From an uncultured Chloroflexia bacterium (GTDB lineage Bacteria > Chloroflexota > Limnocylindria > Limnocylindrales > CSP1-4), in contig CAVZYT010000005.1 in assembly GCA_963779575.1 (NCBI GenBank), forward strand, positions 652,636-716,635: 64,000 nucleotides of DNA, in the 5' to 3' direction. Of this stretch, positions 29,465 to 40,675 are shown one piece after another. Position numbers and translations under genes: made by a program. How positions within the stretch are numbered: the first letter of the stretch is position 1; the number at the start of each line of letters is the position of its first letter. Under the pieces are notes generated by a model, which saw only the letters and a list, made by a program, of their open reading frames with translations, searched no databases and was not told where the DNA came from.

Positions 29465-29979
29465 GCCTGTGGCACGACGTGATCACGCCGACACCCCGGC
29501 GGGTCATCGTCCACTCGCCGAGGCCACCCGACGAGGCCCTTGCGATCATCGCGAGCCTGCTCGCGGGCGGTAGCGGCCCGAGCCGCAGGCGCGCGTCGTC
29601 GGGCCTCGTGCTCGTCGACGGGACGGTTGACGGCGTGGCCGTGTCGTTCACGGCCGTGCCGAAGTCGCGTGCCTCGGCGGTGGAATCGGGCCCCGAGTCG
29701 CGATCGCTCGAGTTCAAGGGGACGATCGACGGGTCGCTGGAGGGCAGCGTCCTGGATGGGTCGATCGCCGCCGCGCCGACGGCGTTCGGGTTACCGGCCG
29801 CTGGCATCACCGTTCTGTTCGCGCTGTTCCTCGTGTGGAATGGCATCCCGCTCCCGCTCGTGGCGGTCGGGGTCGTGGCCTGGATCTTCCTGACGATCAT
29901 CGTCGTCGCCGGTATCGGCGAACAGCGACTCGCCGGGGCCGCCGCGATCGGGCGCCTGCTCGAGGACGCGCTGGCCTGA
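29461..29979 (+). CDS. Small protein of unknown function with C-terminal TM segments
   Basis: 172-aa ORF overlapping the upstream stop; PAAGITVLFALFLVWNGIPLPLVAVGVVAWIFLTIIVVAGI. Confidence 0.6.
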   Translation: MSLWHDVITPTPRRVIVHSPRPPDEALAIIASLLAGGSGPSRRRASSGLVLVDGTVDGVAVSFTAVPKSRASAVESGPESRSLEFKGTIDGSLEGSVLDGSIAAAPTAFGLPAAGITVLFALFLVWNGIPLPLVAVGVVAWIFLTIIVVAGIGEQRLAGAAAIGRLLEDALA

Positions 29980-29992
29980 CGCGGCGCCGTGG

Positions 29993-30730
29993 TCAGCGGC
30001 GGCGTGCCAGGACGACGACCCAGCCCGCCATTGACTCGCCGGGCTCGTAACCCGCCCGAACGTCGGCATCGAAGCCGGCCGCCTCGAGCGTGGACCGGAG
30101 CCGCGCGGGATCGTAGAGGTGGAGGACGTGCCGCTCGTCCGTGCGCTCGTAGCGGCCGTCGTCGAGGCGGCGGAACGTGGCGATGGCGCGTGTCACGGAC
30201 GTGTCGTCCTCGGTCTCGCGCACCCCGACCGACCAGCCCGGATGGTCGTGGAACTGGACGCGCAGGCGGTCGGGCCCGGACCTGCCGTGCACCGAGACGT
30301 CGAACAGCAGGATCCCTCCGGGGACGAGGGCGGTGGCCACGCGTGACGCCAGCGCGGCGAACGCAGCGTCGCCCGCGCGGGCGTCGCCCGCGTAGTTGAG
30401 CGCTTCCCCGGTGGCGGTCACGGCAACCGAGGACGGCGCCAGCTCGGCATCGAGCAGGCTGCCCAGGACGAAGCGGGCGTCCGGCGCCTCCCGCCGCGCG
30501 ATCTCCAGCATCGAGGCGGAGACGTCGACCCCGACGACGTCGTAGCCGGCCTCGGTCATGCGGCGGGCCAGGATCCCCGACCCACAGCCGAGGTCGACGA
30601 TCGTGCCGGACGGGAGGCCCGAGGCCGCAAGCTCGGCCCTGAGCAGGTCCGCCGCCCGCCCCGCAAGCCGCCCGAACGCCTCGTGGTGGATGCCCGCCTG
30701 CTCCGGGCCGTAGAACACGCTCTCGCCCAT
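29993..30730 (-). CDS. Class I SAM-dependent methyltransferase
   Basis: [51 protein letters not shown]. Confidence 0.85.
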   Translation of the reverse strand: MGESVFYGPEQAGIHHEAFGRLAGRAADLLRAELAASGLPSGTIVDLGCGSGILARRMTEAGYDVVGVDVSASMLEIARREAPDARFVLGSLLDAELAPSSVAVTATGEALNYAGDARAGDAAFAALASRVATALVPGGILLFDVSVHGRSGPDRLRVQFHDHPGWSVGVRETEDDTSVTRAIATFRRLDDGRYERTDERHVLHLYDPARLRSTLEAAGFDADVRAGYEPGESMAGWVVVLARRR

Positions 30731-30794
30731 GGCTGTCGATGCTAGCGGGCCGGCCCGCTTGACACGCGGCGGATGCCCGATGCTAATGGGGCCG

Positions 30795-32399
30795 ATGACC
30801 GTCCTCGCCGACACGCCCCGCGGCTCCTCGTTCGACGCCAACCGCGACGCCAACCTCGCGCTCGTCGCCGAGCTGCGGGAGCGCCTGGCTCGGGTCCAGC
30901 AGGGTGGCGGAGCGGAGGCCGTCGCGCGGCACACGGCGCGCGGCAAGCTGCACGCGCGCGACCGGATCGACCGTCTCGTCGATCCCGGATCCCCGTTCCT
31001 CGAGCTCTCGCCGCTGGCGGCCTGGGACATGTACGACGGCGACGCGCCCGGGGCCGGGATCGTGACCGGCATCGGGGTCGTGGGCGGGCGCGAGATCGCG
31101 ATCGTCGCCAACGACGCCACGGTCAAGGGCGGCACCTACTTCCCGATGACCGTCAAGAAGCATCTGCGGCTCCAGGAGATCGCGGCCGAGAACCGGCTGC
31201 CGTGCGTGTATCTCGTCGACAGCGGTGGCGCCTTCCTGCCCCTCCAGGCCGACGTGTTCCCCGATCGCGAGCACTTCGGGCGGATCTTCTACAACCAGGC
31301 CAACCTGTCGGCCGCCGGCATCGCGCAGATCGCCGTCGTCATGGGCAGCTCCACCGCCGGTGGCGCCTACGTGCCGGCGATGAGCGACGAGACGGTCATC
31401 GTGCAGGGGACGGGCACGATCTTTATCGGCGGCCCACCGCTCGTGAAGGCAGCGACCGGCGAGGAGGTCTCGGCCGAGGATCTCGGCGGCGCCGACGTCC
31501 ACACCCGGCTGTCCGGCGTCGCGGACCACCTCGCCGACGACGACGAGCACGCGCTCGCGATCACCCGCCGGATCCTCGCCAACGTGCCAGCCGCACACAA
31601 GGATCCGCCCTGGGACGTCCGGCCGGCGCGCGCGCCGCTGTATGACCCGGTCGAGCTGTACGGCATCGTGCCGACGGATCTGCGCCAGTCGTTCGACGTC
31701 CGCGACGTCATCGCGCGGATCGTCGATGGCAGCGAGCTCGACGAGTTCAAGGCGCGCTACGGCACGACGCTGGTGACCGGCTTCGCGCGGATCATGGGCT
31801 ACCCGGTGGGCATCGTCGCCAACAACGGGATCCTGTTCAGCGAGAGCTCGCTCAAGGGCGCCCACTTCATCGAGCTGTGCACGAAGCGCCGCATCCCGCT
31901 CGTGTTCCTCCAGAACATCACCGGGTTCATGGTCGGTCGCGAATACGAGAACCGGGGCCTCGCGCGCGACGGGGCGAAGATGGTGATGGCCGTCGCGAAC
32001 GCGCGGGTGCCGAAGTTCACGGTGATCGTCGGCGGGTCGTTCGGGGCCGGCAACTACGGCATGTGCGGGCGCGCCTACTCGCCGCGTCAGCTGTGGATGT
32101 GGCCGAACGCACGGATCAGCGTCATGGGCGGCCAGCAGGCGGCGAGCGTGCTGCTCCAGGTGCGTCTGGATGCCCTCGCGCGCGACGGCCGCGACATGAC
32201 CCACGAGGAGCGCGAGGCGTTCACGGCCCCGACGCTCGCCGCCTACGAGCGCGAGGGCTCGCCCTACTTCTCCACGGCCCGGCTGTGGGACGACGGCATC
32301 ATCGACCCCGCCGACACCCGGATGGTGCTGGGGCTGGGGATCTCCGCCGCGCTCAACGCGCCGATCCCGGACACGCCGTTCGGCGTGTTCCGGATGTAG
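30795..32399 (+). CDS. Acyl-CoA carboxylase beta subunit (carboxyltransferase; methylcrotonoyl-CoA carboxylase-like)
   Basis: [33 protein letters not shown]; [68 protein letters not shown]. Confidence 0.92.
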   Translation: MTVLADTPRGSSFDANRDANLALVAELRERLARVQQGGGAEAVARHTARGKLHARDRIDRLVDPGSPFLELSPLAAWDMYDGDAPGAGIVTGIGVVGGREIAIVANDATVKGGTYFPMTVKKHLRLQEIAAENRLPCVYLVDSGGAFLPLQADVFPDREHFGRIFYNQANLSAAGIAQIAVVMGSSTAGGAYVPAMSDETVIVQGTGTIFIGGPPLVKAATGEEVSAEDLGGADVHTRLSGVADHLADDDEHALAITRRILANVPAAHKDPPWDVRPARAPLYDPVELYGIVPTDLRQSFDVRDVIARIVDGSELDEFKARYGTTLVTGFARIMGYPVGIVANNGILFSESSLKGAHFIELCTKRRIPLVFLQNITGFMVGREYENRGLARDGAKMVMAVANARVPKFTVIVGGSFGAGNYGMCGRAYSPRQLWMWPNARISVMGGQQAASVLLQVRLDALARDGRDMTHEEREAFTAPTLAAYEREGSPYFSTARLWDDGIIDPADTRMVLGLGISAALNAPIPDTPFGVFRM

Positions 32400-32410
32400 C
32401 GCCGCCGGGC

Positions 32411-34402
32411 CGGGTGTTCTCGTCGGTCCTCGTCGCGAACCGGGGCGAGATCGCGCTGCGCGTGATGCGGACGTGCGGCCGGCTGGGGATCCGGACGGTC
32501 GCCGTCTACTCCGATGCCGACTGGGACGCACCCCACGTCCATGCGGCCGACGTCGCCGTCCGGCTGGGACCCGGGCCGGCGGCCGAGAGCTACCTGCGGG
32601 CCGACGCGATCCTCGATGCGGCTCGCGCGACCGGCGCGGAGGCGATCCACCCGGGCTACGGGTTCCTGAGCGAGAACGCCGGTTTCGCCGACGCGTGCCT
32701 CGCGACCGGGCTTGCGTGGATCGGCCCGCCGCCCGTGGCCATGCGGGCGCTCGGCGACAAGGCCCAGGCGAAGGCGCTGGCCGAGGCCAACGGCGTCCCG
32801 GTCCTGGCGGGCTACCACGGCGACGACGCGAGCGACCACGCCCTGCTCGGGGCGGCCGGCGGGATCGGGTACCCGCTGCTGGTCAAGGCCAGCGCAGGCG
32901 GCGGTGGCCGGGGCATGCGGGTCGTGCGCGAGCCCGGCGATCTGCCCGAGGCGCTGGCCGCGGCTCGCCGGGAGGCCGCGGCGTCGTTCGGCGACGACCG
33001 GCTGCTCCTGGAGCGGTTCGTGGAGCGGCCACGTCACGTCGAGATCCAGATCCTGGGCGATGCGCATGGCTCGCTCGTTCATCTCGGCGAGCGCGAGTGC
33101 AGCATCCAGCGGCGGCACCAGAAGCTGATCGAGGAGTCGCCGTCGCCCGCCGTCTCACCGGCCCTGCGGGCGGCGATGGGGGAGGCGGCGCTCCGGCTGG
33201 CGCGAGCCGCGGCCTACGAGGGCGCCGGGACGGTCGAGTTTCTGCTCGACGATGCCGGCGGGTTCTTCTTCCTCGAGGTCAACGCCCGGCTCCAGGTGGA
33301 GCACCCCGTGACGGAGGCGGTGACCGGCCTCGACCTCGTCGAGCAGCAGCTGCGCGTGGCGGCCGGGGAGCCGCTGGCGTTCGGGCAGGCCGACGTCCGC
33401 CTCAAGGGGCACGCCATGGAGCTGCGGATCGTGGCCGAGGATGCGGCGGCCGGGTTCCTGCCGTCGACGGGCGTCGTGACGGCGTGGGACCTGCCGGACC
33501 GGGTCCGCGTCGACACGGGCGTCGCCCTGGGATCGTCGGTTTCGCCGTTCTACGACTCGCTGCTGGCGAAGGTGATCGCCCACGGTGCCGATCGGGCGGC
33601 GGCGATCGCGGCGCTCGTCGATGCGCTCGACGCCACGCGGATCGAGGGGGTCGAGACCAACGTGGACGTGCTGGCCGCGGTCCTCGACGAGCCGGCGTTC
33701 CTGGCGGGCGACCTCCATACGGACTTCCTCGCCGAGCACGGGGTCGTCGACCGGCAGACGGACACGCCCGTCGAGGTGCTCGCCATCGCCGCAGCGGCGC
33801 GCTCGCTCGACGGCGCGAACCGGGTACTCGGCGACCCGTGGCGCTCGACCGTCCCGTGGCGTCAGGCGCGGATCGGCGAACCGCTGCGCTGGGTCGTCGG
33901 CGGGCGCCCGTGGACGAGCCGGACAGCCGTCGTGCCCGGGGCGGACGCGGCCACCGTCACCATCGACGACGGCGAGCTCGAGGTCTCGAGGACCGGCGGC
34001 GACGCGGACGAAGGCTGGACCCTCGCGATCGGCGATGAGACGGCGCTGGTCCGCCCTGCCGTGGGTCGCCGGCGGGTCGAGACCGTGACCTGGCTCGGCC
34101 GCCGCCACCGGGTCTCCCTCGCCGCCCCGCCGTCGGGCTCCGGAATCCTCGGGCGTCGCCGATCACCCCGACGCCCTCGCCGCGCCGATGCCGGGTCGCA
34201 TCGTGCGCGTGCACGTCGAGCCCGGTGACCATGTGCGCGGGAACGCGCCGCTCGTCATCCTCGAGGCGATGAAGATGGAGCACGTGATCGCCGCCACGGC
34301 CCCGGGCCGCGTCGCCCGGGTCCACGTCGCCGTCGGCGACCAGGTCGCAGCGCGGCCAGCTGCTCGTGGATCTCGACGCCTCGAGCTCTGGCGGGGCTGC
34401 CT
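32411..34402 (+). CDS. Acyl-CoA carboxylase alpha subunit (biotin carboxylase plus biotin carrier domain; frame disruptions ~34150 and ~34350)
   Basis: VFSSVLVANRGEIALRVMRTCGRLGIRTVAVYSDAD; IHPGYGFLSENAGFADAC; GGGGRGMRVVREP; biotinylation motif EAMKMEH in an adjacent frame. Confidence 0.9.
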
Positions 34403-34405
34403 GAC

Positions 34406-35350
34406 GTGGCGCTGCCGACGAGGGTCACGATCGTCGAGGTCGGCCCGCGCGACGGCCTCCAGAACGAGGCGGCGCAGATCCCGACCGACGTCAAGCGCGA
34501 CTTCATCGACCGCCTCGGGGCGGCCGGCCTGTCGGTCATCGAGGCGACCTCGTTCGTCCACCCCAGCGCCGTGCCCCAGCTCGCCGACGCGGACATGCTG
34601 CTGCCCTCGATCGAGCGCCGGCCCGGCGTCCGGTACCCGGTCCTCGTCCCCACCCAGCGCGGGCTCGAGCGGGCCGTCGCCGCCGGCGCCGACGAGATCG
34701 CCGTGGTGATCGGCGCCACGGACTCGTTCAACCGCGCCAACCTGAACCGCACGACCGACGAGGCGCTGGCCGATGCCGCCGGCGTGATCGCGGGCGCGGC
34801 CGCCCGCTCGATGCGCGTTCGGGGCTACGTGTCGGTGGCCTTCGGCTGCCCGTATGAAGGACCCGTCGCGCCATCAACCGCAGCGCGCGTCGCCGGGCGC
34901 CTGCTGGAGCTCGGGTGTGACGAGATCGGCCTGGGCGACACCATCGGGGCGGCGACCCCGGGCGACGTCGACCGGGTCCTCGACGCCGTGCTGCCCATCG
35001 TCGACCTCGCGCGCATCGGCCTCCACGCGCACGACACCCGCGGACAGGCGCTGGCCAACGTCTATGCCGCGCTCGAGCGTGGCGTGTCCATCGTCGACAG
35101 CTCCGCCGGCGGCCTCGGCGGCTGCCCGTTCGCCGGTCCGGGCGCGGTGGGCAACCTCGCCACCGAGGATCTCGTGTATCTCCTCGACGGGCTCGGGATC
35201 GAGCATGGCGTGAGCCTTGAGGGCGTGATGGCGGCGTCCGCCGCGATCGGGTCGGCGGTCGGCCACCCACTGCGGAGCCCGACCTGGCTCGCCGGAGGCC
35301 GGCCCGCCACGCGGCCGTTGCCGGGAACCGGGGCCGATCGGGCGGTGTAA
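34406..35350 (+). CDS. Hydroxymethylglutaryl-CoA lyase
   Basis: VTIVEVGPRDGLQNEAAQIPTDVKRDFIDRLGAAGLSVIEATSFVHPSAVPQLADADML; GLGGCPFAGPGAVGNLATEDLVYLLDGLG. Confidence 0.93.
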   Translation: MALPTRVTIVEVGPRDGLQNEAAQIPTDVKRDFIDRLGAAGLSVIEATSFVHPSAVPQLADADMLLPSIERRPGVRYPVLVPTQRGLERAVAAGADEIAVVIGATDSFNRANLNRTTDEALADAAGVIAGAAARSMRVRGYVSVAFGCPYEGPVAPSTAARVAGRLLELGCDEIGLGDTIGAATPGDVDRVLDAVLPIVDLARIGLHAHDTRGQALANVYAALERGVSIVDSSAGGLGGCPFAGPGAVGNLATEDLVYLLDGLGIEHGVSLEGVMAASAAIGSAVGHPLRSPTWLAGGRPATRPLPGTGADRAV

Positions 35351-35380
35351 CACGCGCATCAACGCCCCAGGAGGCCACCC

Positions 35381-35815
35381 ATGCGCAACTCCAGCCATCG
35401 CTCCCTCAGGGTCCTTGCCATCGCCGGCGCCCTCGTCCTCGCCGCGACCGCGCTGGCGGCCCCGGCCCTCGCCAAGGAGGGCCTCGCCGCCGAGCTCGAC
35501 GCGCCCGTCGCCGGCGGCACGCCCGGCGGGACGAAGCTGCTGATCGGCATGACGGTCACGGTCCTCGACGAGGGCACCAGGCATCTCGTCGACGGTTCGC
35601 CGATCTACATCAGGCTTGTCGGGCCGGATGGGGCCGTCACCCGGGCGATGGCGCAGCAGGGCGCGCCCGGTCACTACACGGCGCGCATCGAGGTGCCCGC
35701 GTCCGGCGTCGCGGGCAAGCTCGCGCGCCGTCATGCCGCCGGGGATCCCGCCGTCCTGGCCGCCATCCCCGGGCCTCCCGGGCCGACCTTCCCGCACAAC
35801 CTGCGCCGCCGCTGA
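35381..35815 (+). CDS. Secreted protein of unknown function
   Basis: Signal peptide MRNSSHRSLRVLAIAGALVLAATALAAPALA, then a small beta-rich domain. Confidence 0.6.
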   Translation: MRNSSHRSLRVLAIAGALVLAATALAAPALAKEGLAAELDAPVAGGTPGGTKLLIGMTVTVLDEGTRHLVDGSPIYIRLVGPDGAVTRAMAQQGAPGHYTARIEVPASGVAGKLARRHAAGDPAVLAAIPGPPGPTFPHNLRRR

Positions 35816-35881
35816 GGTCGGGCGCCCTGGCGAACGCGCCAGCCGTATGCTCTCGTGGGGCATCACTCGGAGGCGACGCAC

Positions 35882-36286
35882 ATGGCAGGAACCGGAACGC
35901 GCGAGGACCCGTGGCAGCTGGTCACGGCCAACGGGGGATCGCAGTACCAGATGTGGCGCGACCAGGCCGCCGACCCGCCCGTGCTCCTGTGCCAGGTCGG
36001 CGGCACCCAGCTGCGCTACGACCTGCGGGCGATCGACGACCTCCACACGTGGCTCAAGGCACAGGGCGACTGGGTCGCGCTGGGCGGCGCCGACGAGCAG
36101 AAGCCGGCCGCCGACGGGACCGTCGAGGCCTTCGGCCGGTCCGAGGCGAACCCGGTCGGGGGCTGGTATGGCCTGAAGAAGGGGCTGCGCGGGCGATTCG
36201 GCGTCTACCTTCCGCCGCTGCTCGAGGAGCTCGGGTTGGCCGAGCTCGAGCACAACCCCAAGAACAACCGGATGCGGGCACGCTGA
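35882..36286 (+). CDS. Small hypothetical protein
   Basis: MAGTGTREDPWQLVTANGGSQYQMWRDQAADPPVLLCQVGGTQLRYDLRAIDDLHTWLKAQGDWVALGG. Confidence 0.7.
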   Translation: MAGTGTREDPWQLVTANGGSQYQMWRDQAADPPVLLCQVGGTQLRYDLRAIDDLHTWLKAQGDWVALGGADEQKPAADGTVEAFGRSEANPVGGWYGLKKGLRGRFGVYLPPLLEELGLAELEHNPKNNRMRAR

Positions 36287-36332
36287 TCGACGCTCAGGCA
36301 GCGCTCATCCAGACCGGGCATCCTCGAGCGCG

Positions 36333-37481
36333 ATGACCTCCACCAGTTCGCCGCGCCCGGATCCGGCGCCGTCCCAGCCCAGGTCGCGGCCCTCCGAGGA
36401 GCGCGCCCAGCTGGCCCAGGCCTCGCAGACCACGCGCCGGGTCGCCTGGATCGCGGTCGTCGTCGCGCTGGTCGCGCTGGGCCTCGCCGTGTGGCGGACG
36501 ATCGCGCCGTCGGGCAGCTCGTGCCAGGACGCGGCGTGGAACACGACGCCGAGAGACCGGGACCTGCCGGCCGACTGGTCGGTCAGCGCGAGCCAGTACG
36601 ACGTCGACCGCAAGCAGATGACCATCGTCGGCGCTCAACCCGCGGACCAGGCGACCGCCCAGGCGGTCGTGTACGCAACGATCACGTGCTTCCCGTCGGG
36701 CGCCGCCGACGCGGTGACCCGCTCGGCCGACGCCGCGGCTGCCGCCGGGCAGACCGTCACCGACCGTAACGACCTCGGCGACCAGGCGTTCAGCGCCGAG
36801 GACGGGTCGGGCGCCACGTTCGTGCAACTGCGGCACGGCGACGTCGTCGTGTACCTGGCCGCATCGGGCGACGCGACGCCGTCCGAGGTCGACTCGCTCG
36901 CATCGGCGTTCGACAAGGCGCTCGGCGGCGATGGCGGCACGATCGCCGCCGGGGCCCCGGACGCGGGGCTCTCCGAGGAGCCGTCCGATGGCGAGCTGCC
37001 ATCCGACGAAGCCGGGGCCTCCGAGAGCCCGGCGGCGCCGGAGCTCGAGGCGGCGATCCCGGCCACGATCGGCGACGTCGCGCTCCAGACCGACAGCGTG
37101 ACCGGTGTCGACGTGCTCGGCGACGATCCGGGCGCTCGGGCCATCACGGCGGCGCTGCGGGCGGACGGGCACACGCCCGCGGACCTGCTGGTTGCCTACG
37201 CCTCGGACGAGACGGGGGCGTCGGACCTGAGCATCACCGCGCTCGCGGTCGACGGCATGGGCGAGAAGGCGCTGCGCAAGCTCGTCCTGGAGGCGTGGCT
37301 GCCGTCCACCACAGCCGGGGTCACCACGGCGCCCGTGACCGTCGGTGGCCGGGCTGTCACCAAGGTGGACTACGGCGACCAGGGGCCGCTCGACTACGTG
37401 CTCTCGAACGACGGCAAGGTGTTCATCGTGAGCACGGCGGACGCGGCGCTGGCCGCCGAGGCCCTCAAGGCCCTCCCGTAG
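36333..37481 (+). CDS. Membrane-anchored hypothetical protein
   Basis: Single N-terminal TM (RRVAWIAVVVALVALGLAVWRTIA), then an extracytoplasmic region with a Glu/Ser/Pro-rich linker. Confidence 0.6.
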   Translation: MTSTSSPRPDPAPSQPRSRPSEERAQLAQASQTTRRVAWIAVVVALVALGLAVWRTIAPSGSSCQDAAWNTTPRDRDLPADWSVSASQYDVDRKQMTIVGAQPADQATAQAVVYATITCFPSGAADAVTRSADAAAAAGQTVTDRNDLGDQAFSAEDGSGATFVQLRHGDVVVYLAASGDATPSEVDSLASAFDKALGGDGGTIAAGAPDAGLSEEPSDGELPSDEAGASESPAAPELEAAIPATIGDVALQTDSVTGVDVLGDDPGARAITAALRADGHTPADLLVAYASDETGASDLSITALAVDGMGEKALRKLVLEAWLPSTTAGVTTAPVTVGGRAVTKVDYGDQGPLDYVLSNDGKVFIVSTADAALAAEALKALP

Positions 37482-37539
37482 CGACCACGCTGTACAGCCC
37501 TCTTCCCCACCGGACCGGACGCGCGTATGCTCCGGCTAC

Positions 37540-38124
37540 GTGACGACGTCCGGTGTCTCCGGGCGGACGTCCGGTGAGCGGGACGACGTGCGCGAGCAGC
37601 TCGTGGCCTGGGCGGAGGACTGCCGCCTCGAAGGGGAGGTCGACCTCGGGGACGGTCGGCTGAGCGATGTCGTCAACGACATCGACATCCTCGTGTTCTC
37701 CTCGGCGACCGTGGTCGCCATCGACGACGGCCACACGGTCCAGCTCGACGAGCTCGAGGTCGCGCGGCGGGACCTGAGCCTGATCGAGGTCGCGGGCCGC
37801 CGGGGCGACCCCCAGCGGCGCCTGCGCACGATCCCGGAGCACGTCCGCCTCGAGGTCGGGCCGTTCACGGTGACGGGCAACCTGCACCGTTCGCCGAGCG
37901 CCCATCCGCTCAACGCCCTGAACCGCTGGTCGCGGTTCCTCCCGGTGACCGAGGCGTACGTCGAGATCGACGGGTCGACATCCGAGCCGGCGACGCACGA
38001 GGTCGTGCTCGTGAATCGCGACCGGATCCGCACCTACCACGTGCTCCAGGACGCGGCGCCGATCTGGGTCCCCGGTCCGCCGGACGTGGAAGCGCACGCC
38101 GAGGTCGCGCAGCCCCTCGCCTGA
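37540..38124 (+). CDS. Hypothetical protein
   Basis: 194-aa ORF with plausible codon usage: DIDILVFSSATVVAIDDGHTVQLDELEVARRDLSLIEVAGRRGDPQRRLRTIPEHVRLEVGPFTVTGNLHR. Confidence 0.6.
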   Translation: MTTSGVSGRTSGERDDVREQLVAWAEDCRLEGEVDLGDGRLSDVVNDIDILVFSSATVVAIDDGHTVQLDELEVARRDLSLIEVAGRRGDPQRRLRTIPEHVRLEVGPFTVTGNLHRSPSAHPLNALNRWSRFLPVTEAYVEIDGSTSEPATHEVVLVNRDRIRTYHVLQDAAPIWVPGPPDVEAHAEVAQPLA

Positions 38125-38182
38125 CCGCGTCACGGGCGCGTCATCGTTGCCCGCCAGCCTTGGCGCGGCGATGATGCTGAGC

Positions 38183-38929
38183 ATGACGTCCAGCCTTGGC
38201 CCCGCCCGCGCCCGCGACCAGGCGCCGATCCTCGTCGTCGACGACGACCCGAAGATCGTGGCCCTCGTGCGCACCTACCTCGAACGCGAGCGCTACCGGG
38301 TCGTGACCGCGGTCGACGGCCGGGCCGCGCTCGACGCCATCGCCGAGCATCCTCGCCTCGTCGTGCTCGACCTGATGATCCCCGAGATCGACGGGATCGA
38401 GGTCATCCGGCGGGCGCGCCAGTTCGGCGACGTGCCGATCCTCGTGCTGTCGGCGCGAGGTGCGGTCGCCGACCGGATCGCAGCCCTCACGGAGGGCGCC
38501 GACGACTACCTGCCCAAGCCGTTCTCGCCGGCCGAGCTGGTCGTGCGGGTGGCGACGATCCTGCGCCGGACCGAGCGCGGCGGGGCCACCGGGGACGTCG
38601 TGCTCTCGATGGACGGCCTCGAGCTCGACATCGACCGGCACCGGGTGACGGTCGACGGTGCCGAGGTCGCCCTGAGCGCGCTCGAGCTGCGGCTGCTGGC
38701 GGCGCTGCTCGAGGCGTCCGGACGCGTCCTCACCCGCGACCAGCTGCTCGACGCGATCCACGGCACCGGCGAGGGCGACGTGCTCGACCGCTCGATCGAC
38801 CAGTACGTGCGGCGACTGCGCGAGAAGCTGGGCGACGACCCGGCCGAGCCGCGCTACGTGGCGACCGTTCGCGGGACCGGCTACCGCGCTGCGACGGCGG
38901 TCGAGCGTCGGACGGTGGGCCGGGCGTGA
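38183..38929 (+). CDS. OmpR/PhoB-family response regulator
   Basis: APILVVDDDPKIVALVRTYLERERYRVVTAVDGRAALDAI...LVVLDLMIPEIDGIEVI; winged helix ELRLLAALLEASGRVLTRDQLLDAIHG...VDQYVRRLREKLGDDP-like. Confidence 0.93.
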   Translation: MTSSLGPARARDQAPILVVDDDPKIVALVRTYLERERYRVVTAVDGRAALDAIAEHPRLVVLDLMIPEIDGIEVIRRARQFGDVPILVLSARGAVADRIAALTEGADDYLPKPFSPAELVVRVATILRRTERGGATGDVVLSMDGLELDIDRHRVTVDGAEVALSALELRLLAALLEASGRVLTRDQLLDAIHGTGEGDVLDRSIDQYVRRLREKLGDDPAEPRYVATVRGTGYRAATAVERRTVGRA

Positions 38930-38936
38930 ACCGCTG

Positions 38937-39999
38937 ATGGGCCGGCGCGACGGGTTGTCGGTGCAGATCCTGCGTCGCGTCGCTGGTCGTGGCCGGCGTC
39001 GCGCTCGCCATCGTCGGGATCGGCGTACTGCGGGTGGGCGGGGACGCGTTCGAGGCGCTGATGATGGCCGCCGGCGCGAGCGCGGACCACGCCCGCGAGA
39101 TGTTCGACCACAGCGTGACGATCGTGTTCGGGGTGGCGGCGCTGGTCGCGGCGGCCGTCGCGATCGTGCTGGCGATGGCCCTGTCCCGCCGGCTCGCCCG
39201 GCCCCTCGAGCGGATCTCGGCGGCCGCGGCGAGGATCGCGGACGGCGACCTCGATGCGCGGGTGCCGGAAGAGGGACCCGCCGAGCTGCGTGCGCTGGCG
39301 GCGTCCTACAACGCGATGGCCGCCCGCCTCGCCGAGCAGGAGGCGGTCCGCCGCGAGTTCATCGTCAACGCCTCGCACGAGCTGCGGACGCCGCTCACCA
39401 ACCTGCAGGGCTACCTCGAGGCATTGCGCGACGGCGTGCTGCCGCCGGATCCGGCGACGTTCGACTCGCTGCGCGAGGAGGTCGACCGTCTGACCCGCCT
39501 CGCGGCGTCGCTGGACGTGCTCGCGGGCGTCGAGGGGTCACAGGGCGTCGCCCGGGAGGTCGACGTCGGCGCCATCGTCACGGCGTCCACCGACCTCGTC
39601 GCTCCGGCGCTCGCCCGCCGCTCGATCGCGTTGCGGCTCGACGCGCCGCCCGGGTTCGTCGCGCATGCGCGGCCCGACGAGCTCACCCAGGTCGTCGCCA
39701 ACCTGCTGCAGAACGCCGTCCGCTACACGCCCGACGGCGGCGAGGTCGAGGTGACGGTCGACCGTGGCGACGGCGGCGTGCGGGTGCGGGTCGCCAACAC
39801 GGGGCCCGGCATCCCCGAGGCGGACCTGCCGCGCGTCTGGGAGCGGTTCTACCGGGTGGAGAAGTCGCGCGACCGCGAGCGCGGGGGCGCGGGCATCGGC
39901 CTCGCGATCGTGCGCCAGCTGGTCGAGGCGGCCGGCGGCCGGGTCGGGGTCACCAGCGAGGGCGGCTGGACGACGTTCTGGCTCACGCTCCCGGCCTGA
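38937..39999 (+). CDS. HAMP-domain sensor histidine kinase (likely single frame disruption near 38980)
   Basis: HAMP ALSRRLARPLERISAAAARIADGDLDARV; H-box EFIVNASHELRTPLTNLQGYLEAL; GVRVRVANTGPGIPEADLPRVWERFYRV; GGAGIGLAIVRQLVEAAGG. Confidence 0.92.
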
Positions 40000-40072
40000 G
40001 CGCCAGCCGGCGTCATCGTCGCGTCACCCATCGTTGCGATCCTCCGGCGTACTGCCGCCGCACGGAGTCCCG

Positions 40073-40663
40073 ATGTCCCATCGCCGCCGCCGCATCGCCG
40101 CCGCGCTCGCCATCGTCGTCGCCGTCATCGGCGCGCCGATCGCGTGGTATCTCGGGTCGCCCGTGTTCCTGCGCACGGAGCTGCACGAGCCGGCCGTCGA
40201 GGCATTCGCGCCTGGTCCGACCGCCTCGACGCCCACCCCACGGCCGACGACCGTTGCGCCCGGCCGGGAGGTATCGAGCCCCGCGGCGTCGAGCCCCGCT
40301 TCCGCCGAGACGCCGAGCGAGCCCGCCTGGACGGCGGATCCGCCTCGCACCGGTCGCTTCTCGGGGACCGACGACTTCCACTTCGGTCGCGGGACGGCGA
40401 TCCTGCGCGAGGTCGAGCCGGGTCGCTGGGTCGTGCGGCTCGAGGAGTTCGCCGTCCGCAACGGCCCCGATCTGTACGTCGTCCTCTCGCCCGACGCGGC
40501 CGGCTACGCCCACGATGCGATCGAGGTGGGTCGGCTCAAGGCGACCGACGGCAGCTTCAACATGCGCGTGCCGGACGGCGTCGACCCATCGGGTGTCCGG
40601 AGCGTGCTGATCTGGTGCAAGCAGTTCTCGCACCTGTTCGCGGTGGCGCCGCTCGAGGGTTGA
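40073..40663 (+). CDS. DM13-domain protein
   Basis: TGRFSGTDDFHFGRGTAILREVEPGRWVVRLEEFAVRNGPDLYVVLSPDAAGYAHDAIEVGRLKATDGSFNMRVPDGVDPSGVRSVLIWCKQFSHLFAVAPL. Confidence 0.8.
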   Translation: MSHRRRRIAAALAIVVAVIGAPIAWYLGSPVFLRTELHEPAVEAFAPGPTASTPTPRPTTVAPGREVSSPAASSPASAETPSEPAWTADPPRTGRFSGTDDFHFGRGTAILREVEPGRWVVRLEEFAVRNGPDLYVVLSPDAAGYAHDAIEVGRLKATDGSFNMRVPDGVDPSGVRSVLIWCKQFSHLFAVAPLEG

Positions 40664-40675
40664 CGAGCCCGCCGG

